NCBI RefSeq assembly: GCF_001194135.2
Contig: NC_068997.1
Location: 5,075,643-5,139,642 of the forward strand
Length of the DNA: 64,000 nucleotides
Source of the DNA: Octopus bimaculoides
Taxonomy: Eukaryota
Direction of reading: 5' to 3'
The translations under genes were made by a program, and so were the position numbers. Below are positions 61,550 through 64,000 of the stretch, in pieces (the first letter of the stretch is position 1; every line of letters starts with the position of its first letter). Under the pieces are notes generated by a model that did not search any database, was not told the DNA's origin, and saw only the letters and a list, made by a program, of their open reading frames with translations.

Positions 61550-63160
61550 TTAGTCAACTTCTTCAATTGTTGGTCCACTACTTTGTCCTGTCGATTCACC
61601 GGCTGAGCCACCAAAGTTTGGCATTCCACCTGGCATACCACCAGGCATACCTCCAGGCATACCACCAGCACCAGAATAGAGTTTGGTAATAATTGGATTA
61701 CACACTTTTTCAATTTCCTTTTGCTTAGCCTCAAATTCATCCTTTTCAGCCAATTGATTCTGATCAAGCCAAGTAATAACTTCCTGGCATTTGTCAATTA
61801 TTGACTTTTTATCTTCTTCAGATATCTTGTCCTTTACTTTATCATCTTCAACAGTTGATTTCATGTTGAAAGCGTAACTCTCCAAACCATTCTTAGCAGC
61901 AATGCGATCTTTTTGCTTCTCATCATCCTGCCGGTACTTCTCAGCATCACTGACCATTTTTTCAATTTCCTCTTTGCTAAGACGGCCTAAAAAAAAAAAG
62001 AAAAAAAAGAGTTTTAGACTTTTCCACTCAATGGTTCACACAAAGCAATTCCAGATAAACCAATTCCATATAAATCAGTCAACTTAAAAGACTATTTCAG
62101 CCTACCTTTGTCATTAGTAATAGTAATTTTATTTTCTTTGCCTGTACTCTTATCAGTGGCCGATACATTCAAAATACCATTAGCATCAATATCAAAAGTG
62201 ACTTCAATCTGTGGCACACCTCTCGGAGCTGGTGGAATCCCGGTTAATTCAAATTTTCCAAGGAGATTGTTATCTTTAGTCATTGTACGTTCTCCTTCAT
62301 ACACCTGAATAAGCACACCTGGTTGGTTATCAGAATATGTGGTGAATGTTTGAGTCTGTTTGGTTGGAATGGTTGTGTTTCTTTTAATTAAGGAAGTCAT
62401 TACACCACCTGCAGTTTCAATACCCATGGAGAGTGGGGCAACATCAAGCAACAAAAGGTCTTGAACTTCTTTATCTTTATCGCCAGACAAGATAGCAGCT
62501 TGGACAGCTACAAAACAAATTTTAAATAAAACATTAATGTGTCCAAATGGTTGAATATTACAGCATAGACAGATAAGATAAATTGTTCAAGAAACTAAAC
62601 TTACCTGCACCATATGCAACAGCCTCATCTGGATTAATACTTTTGTTCAATTCCTTTCCATTAAAGAAACCTTGTAAAAGTTTCTGGATTCTTGGGATTC
62701 TCGTGGATCCCCCAACTAAAACAATATCATTGATATCAGTTTTGCCCATCTTTGCATCCCTTAAAGATTTCTCCACTGGTTCTAAAGTCTTCTTGAAAAG
62801 GATAGCATTCAATTCTTCAAATCTGGCACGGGTTATGGTAGTGTAAAAGTCGATGCCTTCATATAGAGAATCAATTTCAATGCTAGCTTGAGTACTTGAT
62901 GACAATGTCCTCTTGGCACGTTCGCATGCTGTCCTTAAACGCCTAACAGCACGTTTATTGGTTGTCAAATCTTTCTTGTGCTTCCTGCTGAATTCTTGGA
63001 CAAAATGTGTCACCATTTTGTTATCAAAATCCTCACCACCAAGGTGAGTGTCACCAGCTGTAGACTTCACTTCAAAGATGCCATCTTCAATCGCCAAAAT
63101 TGAGACATCAAATGTGCCACCACCAAGATCAAAAATCAACACATTTCTTTCACCACCAAC
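61550..63160 (-). CDS. HSPA8: Cytosolic heat shock cognate 70 (Hsc70/HSPA8-like), 3' three exons: complement(join(61550..61986,62106..62507,62605..63160)); 5' exons lie outside the window
   Basis: Hsp70 signatures [14 protein letters not shown] and [11 protein letters not shown]; four GGMP repeats; terminal GPTIEEVD; GT-AG introns at K|VGGERN, AYGA|AVQAA and NDKG|RLSK with consistent phases. Confidence 0.96.
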
Positions 63161-64000
63161 CTGAAAAGATGGTTTTTATCAATATTAAAATTCTCAACCA
63201 GCAACAACTAAATAGAAAATTTAGAAATTCATGCACAATGTGTTATGAAGGATAACCAATTAGAAGTTAATTTAAATAAAATTAAATTCAAATTTCTATC
63301 ACGAAATAATTATCTCCCTTGTAATAGTTGCAAATATTTAAGAAACCATGCTGGCTTCAAAAATTCAAGCTTGGGATTCTTTTATTCTATTTGTTGCAGC
63401 CATTTGACTGCGACCATGCTGGAGCATCACCTTTAGTTTAACATCGGTTTCCTTTGCCGAACCGCTAAGTTACAGGGACACAACACACCAGCATCAGTTG
63501 TCAAGCGATGGTTGGGGGGGGGGTTACAAACAGACAAGTATACACAAACATTCGGTTGGCTTTCAGTTTACCAAATCTACTCAAGGTTTTGGTCAGCCAC
63601 GCAGTGGGACTGAACCCAGAATCATGTGGCTGGTAAGCAAGCTACCTACCAGTCACTCCAAAATTCATTTTAAACTCGATGGTCAAGGAATTAGGTTTAG
63701 CATACACCTTTATGAATACATCAGAAAACTGAACTGTTATTTGATATGTCGACATCAAGATCCCATTCCTAAAACATTAGCATTCTATGAAGGAATGTTT
63801 TATTTCTATCTTTAATGAAAGTGCCTCACTTCAGAAAATATTCAGTGAAGTCACAGATAAGCTGTGAAAATGCATTTCTAGAAAGAATGAAAATGCTACG
63901 TTTATTACTCAACTAGATAAGATGTTACTCAACTAGATAAAAGTTTATTCTCTCCATCTTTTACCTTGATTCAAATTTCTAATACCACCTCATTAAGTCG

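Noticed and set aside
63874-63894. HSE in the Hsc70 intron (TTCtaGAA); similar 2-unit hits near 43335, 43785 and 45063
   Set aside because: Only two units; expected by chance in AT-rich DNA.
61987-64000. U14 (SNORD14) or other C/D snoRNA in Hsc70 introns, as in vertebrate HSPA8
   Set aside because: No box C/D pair and no 18S-complementary domains (CATTCGCAGT, TTCCTTGGATGT) seen on -. Upstream introns are outside the window.

Overview
AT-rich, microsatellite- and SINE-dense metazoan genomic DNA with eight N-gaps. The repeat content suggests a cephalopod, probably Octopus; this is an inference and was not database-checked. There are two real genes. (1) A complete 9-coding-exon CNC-bZIP gene on + (29957-51061, 3012 nt CDS, 1003 aa). 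All introns are GT-AG and the phases are consistent. It joins an NFE2L1/SKN-1A-type N-terminus (ER anchor, DDI2-site homologue, about 27 N-glycosylation sequons) to Nrf2-type DIDLG, ETGE and DSAxxS degrons. (2) The last three exons of a convergent, intron-containing cytosolic Hsc70 on - (63160-61550, GGMP repeats, EEVD); its 5' part lies beyond the window. The first ~28 kb has no supportable gene. It holds RTE-LINE fragments, tRNA-type SINEs, DD37D (maT) mariner deletion derivatives, mariner MITEs, Penelope-like ends and an RLE-retrotransposon relic; piggyBac and hAT MITEs occur further downstream. The best leads are: a compact ETS-HSE-AP1 promoter module upstream of the CNC gene; the extreme sequon load; an ETGE degron assembled only by splicing; inverted SINEs bracketing an in-frame 468-nt exon block (exon-skipping or circRNA candidate); a minimal hammerhead ribozyme; and Hsc70 substitutions that A-to-I editing could restore. 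All motif work was done by eye. TE boundaries are approximate.
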